From assembly GCA_044892525.1 (NCBI GenBank), contig CM097888.1:92628001-92692000 (forward strand): a stretch of 64,000 bases of DNA. Direction: 5' to 3'. This stretch comes from Schmidtea polychroa (taxonomy: Eukaryota). The notes beneath the pieces were generated by a model. The model made no database searches and was not told where the DNA came from. It worked only from the letters and a program-made list of their open reading frames with translations. The position numbers were made by a program, and so were the translations under genes. Of this stretch, positions 51,601-57,549 are shown piece by piece (within the stretch, counting starts at the first letter, position 1; each line of letters begins with the position of its first letter).

Positions 51601-54600
51601 TCTCAAATCCAAATATATCAAGCACGCCTATTGAGGTGTATTTGGAATTGAACTTTGCATTCAAGCTCGATTTAGGAACTTGTGACAAAGCAGGCCGATA
51701 AATGGCCGTATTAATCTTCTCCACTATCCATACGAATAACCTCCCATAAATACCCTTGACAAGGGCGTCCCTGATGTTGATGCCTTGAGCTACCGAGACG
51801 TTGGTAACGACAAAATCATCTCTCGTAATAATGTTTTTGGTCGTTAATGCTTTTCTTAGATCTTCTGAGTCGACCTGAATTGACCATATCAATTGACCAT
51901 ATATATTGGTTCCATAGCGAATGGATAACCTGCAATAGTTGACTAGAAAAATCGAATTCTGAGTCCATCACAACTTCACACGAGTCCATGTTTCTCTCCA
52001 TTTTTGCCCTGAAATTTATGTTACCTAGGTGCAGAAATGCTGCCAATAGTTGGAATATTTCTTGGCATTCATCCTCCGTGAACGTTAACACCTTCATCGC
52101 CGAATGGAGGGTGGGAAAATCAACTATATCCGTACTTCCTTTGAGATCAATTCGGCCGCCCTAAATGAAACTGTAGAATTGAACTGATCCGGATATATTA
52201 ATAAGAATAAATAAAGCATTTACTCATAAAGAAAGGGTAGCTAAAGGTTTGCTATAATGCGAGTTATCAACTGCCGGAACCTCGTATTAGTTTAATTATT
52301 ACTTAATGATTGGGCCAATTGAGATTATCATTCATTGGTTACTGATGCGGCATTTAATGATTGGGCCAATTGGGATTATCATTCATTGGTTACTGATGCG
52401 GCATATAATGATTGGGCCAATTGGGATTATCATTCATTGGTTACTGATGCGGCATATAATGATTGGGCCAATTGGGATTATCATTCATTGGTTACTGATG
52501 CGGCATATAATGATTGGGCCAATTGGGATTATCATTCATTGGTTACTGATGCGGCATATAATGATTGGGCCAATTGGGATTATCATTCATTGGTTACTGA
52601 TGCGGCATTTAATGATTGGGCCAATTGGGATTATCATTCATTGGTTACTGATGCGGCATATAATGATTGGGCCAATTGGGATTATCATTCATTGGTTACT
52701 GATGCGGCATATAATGATTGGGCCAATTGGGATTATCATTCATTGGTTACTGATGCGGCATTTAATGATTGGGCCAATTGGGATTATCATTCATTGGTTA
52801 CTGATGCGGCATATAATGATTGGGCCAATTGGGATTATCATTCATTGGTTACTGATGCGGCATATAATGATTGGGCTAATTGGGATTACCATTCATTGAT
52901 TGCTGATGCGGCATTTAATGATTGGGCCAATTGGGATTATCATTCATTGGTTACTGATGCGGCATATAATGATTGGGCCAATTGGGATTATCATTCATTG
53001 GTTACTGATGCGGCATATAATGATTGGGCCAATTGGGATTATCATTCATTGGTTACTGATGCGGCATATAATGATTGGGCAATTGGGATTATCATTCATT
53101 GGTTGCTGATGCGGCATATAATGATTGGGTATGCGGCATATTATAGTAGTAAACATTTTTTATAAATAAATAACTGAATTGCAGCTACGAAAATATGATT
53201 TCTTGATACTTGCTAATTTGCGTGCCTTATTTTTTATTATTATGATAATAATTTTCTTTTCAGAATTTTCATTAAAAAATTTTTTTTGAAAACTTTCTAA
53301 ATTCTTTTTGAAGGAATTAATCATATCCCGACTGCCCTACCAGATGGCATAATATTAATATGATGGCTACCCCACCTCCTCCTGCCTCCCATTAATTCTC
53401 AACTAATGTATCAATTGAAACTTAAAGCTGGTCAAATTTGATACTCAACAATCGACTAGAAATTCATTGCAGAATCAAGCCATCGGTAGCACCATAACTG
53501 GCCCGGCACCCCCACCAGCACAGCACCGGCACAGCACCAGCACAGCACCGGCACAGCACCGGCACAGCACCAACACAAGCACCATCAATGGCATCACAGA
53601 GGATTGCAGAACACCTACGCAACAATAAAATGATCAAACTATTTACATATTGTGTGATGATCATAATTTCATTGAATAATATTATTTGGTAAACACTGAT
53701 CCAAGAGATCTAATCAATACCTGATTCAAATACACGTAATGATCGCTTGTCCGTAACCCGAATTTTGAACGTGTTTCCAATGGCAATCCTTCCAATATAC
53801 AATAGAATACATGATAATTGCGCTCGTCACGCATTTGACTAACGATGCGAGACTTCTCCAATAAGAACTGATCAATTTTCGCTCCTTCTATCGCACCATT
53901 GACCCCAAAATAAATGTCAATGTATTTTCCGAATCTGCTTGAATTGTCATTGCGTATTGTTTTTGCGTTGCCAAATGCTATAACCAATCAAATAGCTACA
54001 ATAAAATTTTGCCGTTTATTCAACCGGGTACCTTCGAGAATTGGATTTGAGTCAAGAACTTGCTGTTCGATCCATGAGTGCTGACCACTTACCGCAGCAA
54101 GAAATTGTAGGATCAGTTTTGTGCTTTCGGTCTTTCCAGCTCCACTTTCGCCACTGATGATAATGGATTGATCCCGGCTGACCCGACGCATGTTATTGTA
54201 TGCGTTATCGGCAATTGCAAATATATGGGGGGACAAGTCACCAATTTTACAGTTTTTATAACTTTTGATCTCTTTGGGAGTATAGATAGGTAGGACCGCA
54301 TAAGGGTTGACGGCAACGAGAATCCGGCCAGTGTATGTCTAGCGTGCATTGATATTAACTTCCAAGGCTCTTACAAACTTACATAAATTTCATTGCGCTT
54401 GTAACGAATCAAGAGATTCCGCAAGATTCCAGCTTCATTCAAATCTCCAAGGGATATCATGTCATCAACCCCTTGTAAAGATGACACATGCATGTGCCGT
54501 ATCTTGGTGCCAGGCTTCAAGATGAATTGCTAGAAGAGAATAAAGTTATAAATGGCAAATAATGATATCAGAACGCACCCCCCCCTCCCCTCCCTCTCAC

Positions 54601-57549
54601 CTACCACCTGGAGATAATATTAATACTCCATTTCAGATACATTTAATATTAATTGTTGGGTTATTATTTATTGCATTCGGTATTGTTTCTGGCTCCTCGT
54701 GCTCTTTGTCTCAATTAATCAAATGGATCCCATTGGGAATCTTTCCTGTTTATATACCGATATATGTTTCACTGACTCGCTAACCGTTTTTATATTTTGA
54801 TTTCAGAATTGACTTTACTCTTACTTTCTTATTCAGTTCGCCCTTCAACCAACTGGCAGTTGATCACTATTGTCCTTGTCTTGATATAAACCTTTCCTTA
54901 CAATTCCCTCTGACACAACCATTGAATTAGCGAACGAGCAAATAATTATATGAGCTGCGATTGGTTGCCAGCAAGCCAATTATATGAGCTGCGATTGGTT
55001 GCCAGCAAGCCAATTAGGTAGGCAACCTCACCTCACCTTGCTGCCCCAGATCCAATCCAGCTAATCTAATATTGATCATCTCTTAGCTGATTATGGAGAA
55101 ATGATTCATTTCATTATTCTCTTATTATATATCTTGTAGGACTCCTCCATTGATTTTATATTATTGTTTTTGAATTTGTCTCATTTATTGATATCCATAA
55201 ATTTTTGTTTCTAATTATTTACTTTTTCAAATTTTTAATTAATATTTTAATTTTTATAAGATTTTGCATTTTATGGATTTGCTAGACAAACTCCAACATA
55301 ATTGACATCATTAATATTTCACAGGTCCCCCAGTCCTTCTCCAGCCCCCTCAGCCCCCTCATGATGAATTACAGTCGTATCTCAATCCTATTGGTTCATT
55401 TACATTTCACCCGTTAAACTGTTCATATGACCATCGCATGTCAATATTATTTGCGCATTATATATTATTAACTATAAATTATAAGTATTATTCCTATATA
55501 AATCTAAAATGTGAAATAAAGAAACGACAGTAGAATGAAATGTTTCATGTTTTTGATTGAAATATTGTTGGTAAAAGGATTTCAATAGTTATCAGTGATC
55601 CTGCGTTATCAGTGATCCTCTGTTATATATCATGAGTTGCATATATGAAGGAATCCATTGTATATCTCAGCTGATGCCCCATGAGCCTTACTGAAACACG
55701 TGAATTATCCCATATGGTCTACATGGTCCCAACTGCTCTAAGTTATGCTCCATTAAATGATTCAAACAACAAGACAGAAGTAAGACCGATGGATTTGTCA
55801 ATAATACGGTTATTGAACGGATTTCATTAGTTCGCACATGATAAGATCTGACCAATGAGATCTCCTCTCCATCCTAATACCAGCAAATGGCCATCAAATC
55901 AAACCCGTCAAAGAACCAAGCTTGACTGCCAGATAAAATATATTTTGATCCTTCAAATAGCATGTCCACAAGTCTAGAAGCGTTGCTAGCTGGTGGCTTT
56001 GCAGCAATTCATTCAGTGACAAGATTGCAAATCTTTGTTTCATATTAATTTAGTAATACTCAGTGGGGGGGGGGGCTTGCAATATTCAATATTGATCATC
56101 CTCTGATGCCCTGGGCTATCCTCCATTCCATGCAATATGATCAGGGATATCATATCCATGCTGTCAATTGCGGTCCCTACGGCATTCCCATAATTATATC
56201 TCATCACCAATCTGGGGGGGGGCTTGCAATATTCAATATTGATCATCCTCTGATGCCCTGGGCTATCCTCCATTCCATGCAATATGATCAGGGATATCAT
56301 ATCCATGCTGTCCCTATGGCATTCCAATAATTATATCTCATCACCAATCTGGGGGGGGGGGGCTTGCAATATTCAATATTGATCATCCTCTGATGCCCTG
56401 GGTTATCCTCCATTCCATGCAATATGATCAGGGATATCATATCCATGCTGTCCCTATGGCATTCCAATAATTATATCTCATCACCAATCTGGGGGGGGGG
56501 GGGGGCTTGCAATATTCAATATTGATCATCCTCTGATGCCCTGGGCTATCCTCCATTCCATGCAATATGATCAGGGATATCATATCCATGCTGTCAATTG
56601 CGGTCCCTACGGCATTCCCATAATTATATCTCATCACCAATCTGGGGGGGGGGGGCTTGCAATATTCAATATTGATCATCCTCTGATGCCCTGGGCTATC
56701 CTCCATTCCATGCAATATGATCAGGGATATCATATCCATGCTGTCAATTGCGGTCCCTATGGCATTCCCATCATTATATCTCATCACCAATCTGGGGGGG
56801 GGGGCTTGCAATATTCAATATTGATCATCCTCTGATGCCCTGGGCTATCCTCCATTCCATGCAATATGATCAGGGATATCATATCCATGCTGTCAATTGC
56901 GGTCCCTACGGCATTCCCATAATTATATCTCATCACCAATCTGGGGGGGGGGGCTTGCAATATTCAATATTGATCATCCTCTGATGCCCTGGGCTATCCT
57001 CCATTCCATGCAATATGATCAGGGATATCATATCCATGCTGTCCCTATGGCATTCCAATAATTATATCTCATCACCAATCTGGGGGGGGCTTGCAATATT
57101 CAATATTGATCATCCTCTGATGCCCTGGGCTATCCTCCATTCCATGCAATATGATCAGGGATATCATATCCATGCTGTCAATTGCGGTCCCTATGGCATT
57201 CCCATCATTATATCTCATCACCAATCTGGGGGGGGGGAGGGAGGGAGGGAGAGGAAATGGGGAAATGTTTGAAAGCAACATTTGATTAAATTATTAATCA
57301 ATTATTATCATGCTGAAATGAAAAAGCCAAACATAGAAATGCAAAATATAAAAGTGCCCACATTTCCATCATCATCAATGACTGTGATTTGATCCTTCAC
57401 AATGTCCTTGATCCTAGCACCAATTGGAACCGATTGTGAACCTTTGCTCAATGATTTATTCTCGATCCAAACAAAATCACCCTTCAATCCAATCATAACC
57501 AAAGATTTATAAACAAATAAATGTTGCTTACCTTCTGTGGAACAACCAT
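11879..57549 (-). CDS. MYO7A: Myosin VIIa (crinkled-like): motor - IQ - coiled coil/SAH - MyTH4 - FERM - SH3 - MyTH4 - FERM; multi-exon
   Basis: Start exon 57549-57532 (MVVPQK), then 57481-57362, 54529-54383, 54338-54032 (P-loop GESGAGKT), 53977-53721 (NDNSSRFGK), 52160-51930, 51874-51287 (DIFGFE), 51241-gap, 44171-43785, 43736-43557, 43511-43293, 43184-gap. MyTH4-1 is split across 41.4-41.9 kb and 25.1-25.4 kb; FERM-1 at 24.5-22.1 kb, SH3 about 21.2-21.35 kb, MyTH4-2 at 21.0-20.3 kb, FERM-2 at 15.37-11.88 kb ([11 protein letters not shown]; [12 protein letters not shown]; [13 protein letters not shown]). Stop TGA at 11879-11881. A few codons fall in N-gaps. Confidence 0.95.
16256..19775 (-). 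mobile_element. Degenerate, RT-deleted Ty3/Gypsy LTR retrotransposon in a myosin intron
   Basis: Minus-strand order: gag (19438-19079), CCHC knuckles ([28 protein letters not shown]), protease LLDTGA (about 17940), RNase H ([15 protein letters not shown]...ADMLSR), integrase (HLLLCH..CEAC; DICGP; VDCGK; GVIER) truncated. No YxDD RT core. Near-identical 75-bp direct repeats at 16256-16330 and 19701-19775. Confidence 0.88.
23231..23778. repeat. 42-bp minisatellite, about 13 copies, intronic
   Basis: Unit GGTCA(C/T)AAATATATTGATTATTCTA(G/T)CA(G/T)(T/G)GCAATATTGATT; explains the repetitive ORFs 23180-23740 and 23183-24079. Confidence 0.95.
25592..26726 (+). repeat. 5' LTR (first 19 nt hidden in gap; full length about 1154 bp)
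   Basis: Matches 39685-40805 with no difference seen by eye; ends ...GATCTTAACA immediately before the PBS. Confidence 0.95.
26730..26747 (+). promoter_or_regulatory. Primer-binding site complementary to the 3' end of tRNA-Trp
   Basis: TGGTGAGCCCGACGTGAT, 3 nt after the LTR; differs at one position from the classical animal tRNA-Trp PBS TGGTGACCCCGACGTGAT. Confidence 0.85.
26865..33530 (+). CDS. Retroelement polyprotein part 1 (2221 aa): Gag, zinc knuckles, 2 UBL-like, AT-hook, Bcl-2-like, chuvirus/gB-type Env, aspartic protease, dUTPase-like
   Basis: Gag ([12 protein letters not shown]...LPLYLKG.A), CCHC motifs 27510-27689, UBL-like 28518-28728 and 29046-29260, RGRPRK 29589-29609, BH3/BH1/BH2-like 29670-30080, signal plus Env 30165-32024, protease IIDSGS at 32658, [10 protein letters not shown]...PIRLTN at 32960-33215. 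Confidence 0.9.
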   Translation: MAEINNLQNLNENNLQNNNVPVAQPPAVDFMRYPTIPIKPFSGNPGEFPEFMSEYFQLARALGFPEPVMILRLPLYLKGMAREIYNDVIIAEHPVEWNVLRLALQNRILPGDATRVLRQQFYNRRQNSGEHVGEFSYQIMMLAERAFGNRAAWNDATRALVKDQFWSGLSSAMRNALSLHIGDNLEELTRKACLIESSIEKSNNFAISSNKSDIECFNCHKKGHMSKDCKSRNNSPGDKLCTKCGRNNHVASNCRISDLNCEKFCGKFGHIMRSCPQNQLSNNNGSGNNGNNRSKQTTFAVNSDHKLTYLQQLELEIQEVRNRLARLTTNETDGYDENEGVYMTSARKRRNKNNYVELEVLMLQESPREDKEEKTMVMEPEVCEGLQVSPRKNLVAVAMEPEANREIEGLPVSPVKNRKAMDMDPVVNEIVPTEVLEKRWASVIKPEVLLATSSMRGECGSEPIKVREASKEERNPIDDCRKILLRKSVWQREMRQKLENIRLNPVNENEVDKVMDIISELDRNEEYYPELREILRNIGLNWKQRENLEDSTIFVSFPKGCFRRYTINPSEKVEVLAKRVSVVKPQQRCKLYLLGERLLEGETLLDCGILPGKNMVIKAKFHKETVTVVDLDNVLTISEIEIDQLNQISAVPHRLGIELMKNPRDGEAIKMIMDWILELRIPVDTLREIMPLVVPLVKETSQFQTQAKMLLIKNGHAIRHLEGRQGPVMLDIRIPRRGHLIQQFSCYHRVKKLRKRISEILKESFLIMIHGCQVDDDEFLVDVGCFPNEETVVLILLVEFPEDEWATLRLPDNAEMEDETVHPERKHLDGNTHQEPVTTVDLDEEIDKYLKELDNTEDELVEIFPTEEDNEVQLNRDETNIGASTSRQAEPPRERVSPKLVENKKKRERRGRPRKSQMNPPPRELLKPVTIQNVTKQALAGIASQIDKSVGDASDKTETWKRLNQILRLIKPDWQIKKDKSVNVDKIAEKVKKAMEKIPGSTTEQEMFEIAGQFIDEGLTKGKMITILALMFKNALSIIKDDSSKIPAAIDKLTDIIEVNFRTWMTEHKFWDIKETKGKYELNEELLTENISSSPRGTGGFTSWMMMLLVMMGILRQTNSLTAYDCSEPILSRIYSLVDTVECKEAYPDKVAKREDVEYHVYQQTEFYRTRVRECRIQRATFEYYCGSNSYSAFLGAKLIPIPLIIPPEDCVNAFRSKTVKIDQEVTITAEEGKKLGITITRGGPIAEDGSCHGRKKVRGSNVVSYVVTVEDYTVELIEYEGTFEVSTGKMMSHPECNVKYGYCKTSLAVLTYQSMRDFCDLGYLKKVVFSRLDGKSFTSQDSQQSGWGDKITHKTKKEVVPEKSTAVVLVSKDPTDAIRLVRKKQTTKCGVPIFETNYKGIYLAYKYVPAAESLHLSDIKIAKYINNKIDFLYHDLQKQLLDVYQEVILNDCRLNREIIRNRLAISIANPDLIMPMLTEEGTFGRILGEAIYSYQCKAIEVEITKYDRCTLELPVKYKGKLRFLMPVSHQLLKEDTSPLTAICNPAMSPLYKINNIWISLPDRKPPSKPVEVLQATKLETKMEFQPLNEMSKGGVYTPEDIEEARRAIVFPQIRNRGVTEIITRIYQSYDGKPDYNLLFGPEHYKQAASNVIRKIWGRFTSFGIFVAGCSGIYAIVMILKIIISQLFSTYSIFKIGGWSWKLLLGMCPVCADFAVFHHHNKEIKRMKRQTIKKHELIMYEPSHRDDDNSDEGGNLEGYETSDNTSIKPDNKKPKFQNFENSTLQQYPVKAKRRKRQEWPVNYLSPYEGRKKIIPERVEEEMLKRLEFRTNTDISPSTSYPTYKMKFETMPPLGTSVFEMVPKYPFSTLERLKEEYKDEIKSENDKDSDDQQKFRDNIRGISTILMVNMGKKTHKPTIKLKVNRHTVHAIIDSGSDLTLIEANLLNEKELQAIVPTLLVASGANGQPINVIGTLDCELRLCDQKFRHDIKVTRQCMAECIVGMDILKKLKDIVFDCATGELVKMTGRKRKTYSVDVVFLDRTVTIPPRTETVCFVATHQEVEGDVIFEPSEQFVNRYKTPMVQNLATVRGGRIPIRLTNLASKSLRLYPETRVGKVIQLSNMQKEHESILAVEEDERDPDIEYYDAPSCDSKALSRKENIRVNQLLRKYDQVFAKHEYDLGQVNILEHEIKLTENKPIKIRPYRIPQSIQGSVDKQINAKI
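33502..37140 (+). CDS. Retroelement polyprotein part 2 (1212 aa): RT, RNase H, integrase, FN3-like membrane protein with PDZ-binding tail
   Basis: [35 protein letters not shown] (33898-33909), TDAC...[47 protein letters not shown], then RYPLRSR, hydrophobic segment, FN3-like, TM (37005-37080), C-terminus ENIYETEV*. Confidence 0.95.
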   Translation: MTNKLMQKYNIIRPSKSPYSSPLVVVAKRDGSVRLCNDYRKLNEQTVSDNHPLPLLDYIYDKMKNSKLFTVMDAQKGFYQIKMSEDSIPMTGFSTSSDHFEYLVMPFGLKGAPPTFQRAMNIMLMDAHHAMVYIDDIIIFSEDLDKHLEHLEDIFKRLIMANLKVKPSKCKWAESEVIYVGHVISHDCVRPDPANTDKVKNFPQPVNVKQIKGFLGLTGYYRKFIRNFSAIAFPLTTLEKKGIKFLWGEDQQQAFDKLKDALCKPPILRFPDFKRQFMVMTDACTRGIGAVLGQKDEIGDEYAVAYASRGLKPHEKSYAVIELEALALVFAVEKFSHYLWGRKIIFYTDHRPLQWLLKHRDEASKLVRWALRLQPYNIEIVYRKGKANGNADALSRMEQEPELEDIKEGRLEGTIFMLTREANTLSDIVEAQKNDDEINMIRQAIEAKAIPNEFQKYWERHKDKFILEEGLIKYVESRDNVILVPKKYRESLLLQYHDGALGGHLSVRHTLSRLKMKYFWPDMKDDVKKWCQSCKICITRRNTGRKPHVPLKPMPVPSSPMEMTAMDVLGPFKESKMGNKFIIVFCDYLTKWPEAFPIPNHKADTIARIFVEQIVFRYGVPTKLLTDRGKDFMSNLLKSINDYFGILKLNTSPYHPQTDGLVERFNGTLANMLSSYVNSGQTDWDVHIPSCLFAYRNAVHSVTGETPFYLMYLRHNKMPVDLIFYPKASQNCDEENYLFEMRERMQEAWEKAGLNIRYNQETMKEYHDRKAKDHGFLVGDYVMLEGHYNKKGLSPKLMRNYKGPYQILKVTETNLVLQLVTNRKAEPIMVHANRCKKIAPPEKEKPKSEIDEFEIDKKSKKKTLESYKSILKGQPERYPLRSRQVPKTVTFLAVISCVMMIGQAFEVFTPKASQHPDIEYQRTDRAFRFHLTNIQWHRYDLYLVAAERGISFHLNTWDRVKVIEGLMPNTSYLLEIKTFFADPNVFADGGDCVDKAAWILKTAKFTKKVEISYLGQIVRFTHPRWKRNDTSSTHDWRTNNKIALIVILENDQRVERLVLNHAYLSKRWKIKPDTVIKANISYLEFTERTGWYTIYQEIVNLIPPTKGELTSKEGKARLVNIPGCKGINALDWFSIRKVASVKQPRITKIINNCSCQNTLKGAAREKTPTWLLLIMIGGVICMILILLLTTLWMFRLNIRDMRYWENIYETEV
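37345..39417 (+). CDS. Accessory ORF3 of the LTR element: unknown N-terminal domain, degenerate DEDDh (REXO4/ISG20-like) exonuclease fold, low-complexity tail
   Basis: Open frame 37201-39417; likely start ATG at 37345 directly after the acceptor-like TTATCTTATTTTTAG; 37981-38469 aligns by eye with the REXO4 exonuclease domain. Confidence 0.75.
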   Translation: MNYSRESKPPVKANRRHPLATYNSQTRVETEVYSTYKEEYVYRFIGTTVAAKMNHLTSNYWYYPRRVDIPNDFKFPGGPRRQMMVTVINNQGRLKLAELCREYGSSPKVENIWIHAINRPFTVFMAGLELPVELEKQCTLEIYHADGRERNIMIQAAAVDTIIVVEILDFRKPYSIVSKNEPTWIYNVNEADIQQCKSFVRKKLTKAEEDEATIFISAGFAKSRIELKETIIQIAIMDMRGNNLLSAIVTPRDPVKHYQTHQYKLKEPDIRGNLDEDDCHHLIRKICDKKILVGILLKDLISVANLPVQRILGIRDLSANKLLETRGVPKIHGHYSLGFLTKTFLRTVPGEPRNLVVTNEALAIRAVYLHIRNEWLDHITIPQEEFISATTAAIVEQEMTQKRRLPEQPSTSEQPQPKRKSPVDLPPPPAISIGEEDEYETCASEIETAKSPKQPSGAAYQPKDKSDNAVRKENPEGGKVKKMLKKMLPIKRDKSKLKLKKVVKPSEGTTKDTPSGSEDRTIKPQKIFSEPDDDIMEVAFQPPVKEMQEAIKVKSEPVVRQKLLKIAKENIIKKPVSVDVDGFEPMWYKRPDSKWKPRAKEYDCQPVTRMAVNNNQKYDVYDVDGIPYVVSTVILTSALDGKPLAVSFEPDVLQKRKKKLLQQYVIANSYSTKEVHLYKVPDPDPDDLDI
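39653..39663 (+). promoter_or_regulatory. Polypurine tract
   Basis: AGGGGGTAAGA immediately upstream of the 3' LTR start TGTTAGGG at 39666. Confidence 0.7.
39666..40805 (+). repeat. 3' LTR (last 14 nt or so hidden in gap)
   Basis: Starts TGTTAGGGATAGG after the PPT; matches the 5' LTR at offset 14093. Confidence 0.95.
44611..45820. repeat. 15/13-bp minisatellite (GTGTGAATGGGTAAG / GTGAATAGGTAAG) with higher-order duplications
   Basis: Direct reading; generates the spurious PYPFT-repeat ORF 44600-45853. Confidence 0.95.
46233..46560 (+). pseudogene. Remnant of a Chapaev3-like (CMC) transposase N-terminus
   Basis: MPRKCVN..D..YYVC...QKR.LTP.IR.AY..YFGCKI.NQDK.W and [13 protein letters not shown] recall the Cys/His-rich N-terminal motif of Chapaev3-type transposases; internally deleted. 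Confidence 0.6.
46585..47741 (+). mobile_element. Older, diverged Penelope-like 3' fragment (ORF end plus 3' UTR), interrupted by a hAT element
   Basis: Removing the hAT insert gives [46 protein letters not shown] (stop 47452-47454), homologous to the C-terminus of the 48514-50439 ORF; the downstream AT-rich UTR is a diverged copy of 48036-48502. Confidence 0.85.
46700..47421 (-). mobile_element. Non-autonomous hAT element (722 bp) with 8-bp TSD
   Basis: TSD AATGAAAT at 46692-46699 and 47422-47429; imperfect TIRs CAGTGCCGGATTTA / TAAATCCTACACTA; internal remnant [29 protein letters not shown] (dimerization domain). Confidence 0.9.
48036..50898 (-). mobile_element. Penelope-like retroelement, 5'-truncated, bounded by inverted pseudo-LTR arms of at least 467 bp
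   Basis: Arms 48036-48502 and 50432-50898 are near-perfect reverse complements of each other; the RT-GIY-YIG ORF lies between them. Confidence 0.9.
48514..50439 (-). CDS. Penelope-like reverse transcriptase plus GIY-YIG endonuclease (641 aa open frame, N-terminally truncated)
   Basis: [15 protein letters not shown]...[40 protein letters not shown]; GIY-YIG: [28 protein letters not shown]...IKEAILI...PKIN. Confidence 0.95.
   Translation of the reverse strand: MSVALRTRSNRTIQYLMKMRVVYINTDKLYQPNPDAELDSTLSKVCHKIMELVEKERRKPYLSNLTKDEQAILKSLKKKPYVYLPSDKGGEFCIIEKNRYCEAGYEHLGNIETYKKVSRMSPNTIEMKINKVWKAIALEMRLNNRITNSFVTKNSDLPNFYHLIKTHKEGPGIKIRPIVSNKNGPTTKTSWLLAKILKPLLDTIPHHLQSSDCLMTRLNNNMTCHREFQYPFSLDVVSLYTSMEPKEAIQCLEKKLRESNLLIKEMNIENITKLLTVILENTYFTFEQNIYKQVKGLPMGSSISGLLAIIFMDNLERQTLRTIQPIGFYARYVDDIFILTKNRKEAEEIFHSFNAAHQDIKFEIEYPEEDGSLNLLDLRIKIEENTPTYGFYRKPARKEIFMHQRSALPYLQKVHVIRNEKRRIANRCTEKNENFKEQSNFNKILQRNGYQSEDIEKMNSTPRRSRELTQKNQKYFYLNIPFISDILDFKILKELKRTGLPIRIAHKSWTLRRALAGNINRENNCTMKNCQTPKDMCFRKNIVYCITCNVCNEIYIGSTLRTLHQRVKEHLDPGGTSSLGRHLRQCQPTEERKNISIEIIANGNIQKKNVRIKEAILIINRQPKINTKEEINEIMNLICCH
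52303..53128. repeat. 51-bp minisatellite, about 16 copies, intronic
   Basis: Unit GATTGGGCCAATTGGGATTATCATTCATTGGTTACTGATGCGGCAT(A/T)TAAT; explains the [17 protein letters not shown]-repeat ORF. Confidence 0.95.
53513..53580. repeat. Short GC-rich 11-bp tandem repeat (CAGCACCGGCA)n
   Basis: Direct reading, about 6 imperfect copies. Confidence 0.8.
56065..57237. repeat. Tandem array of 8 units of 136-150 bp separated by poly-G runs, in myosin intron 2
   Basis: Periods 147, 140, 143, 150, 149, 149 and 136 nt; two core variants differing by a 10-nt indel; G-runs of 8-15 nt. Confidence 0.95.

Noticed and set aside
52303-57237. CRISPR-like appearance of the regular repeats
   Set aside because: No unique spacers, eukaryotic intronic context and no cas genes.
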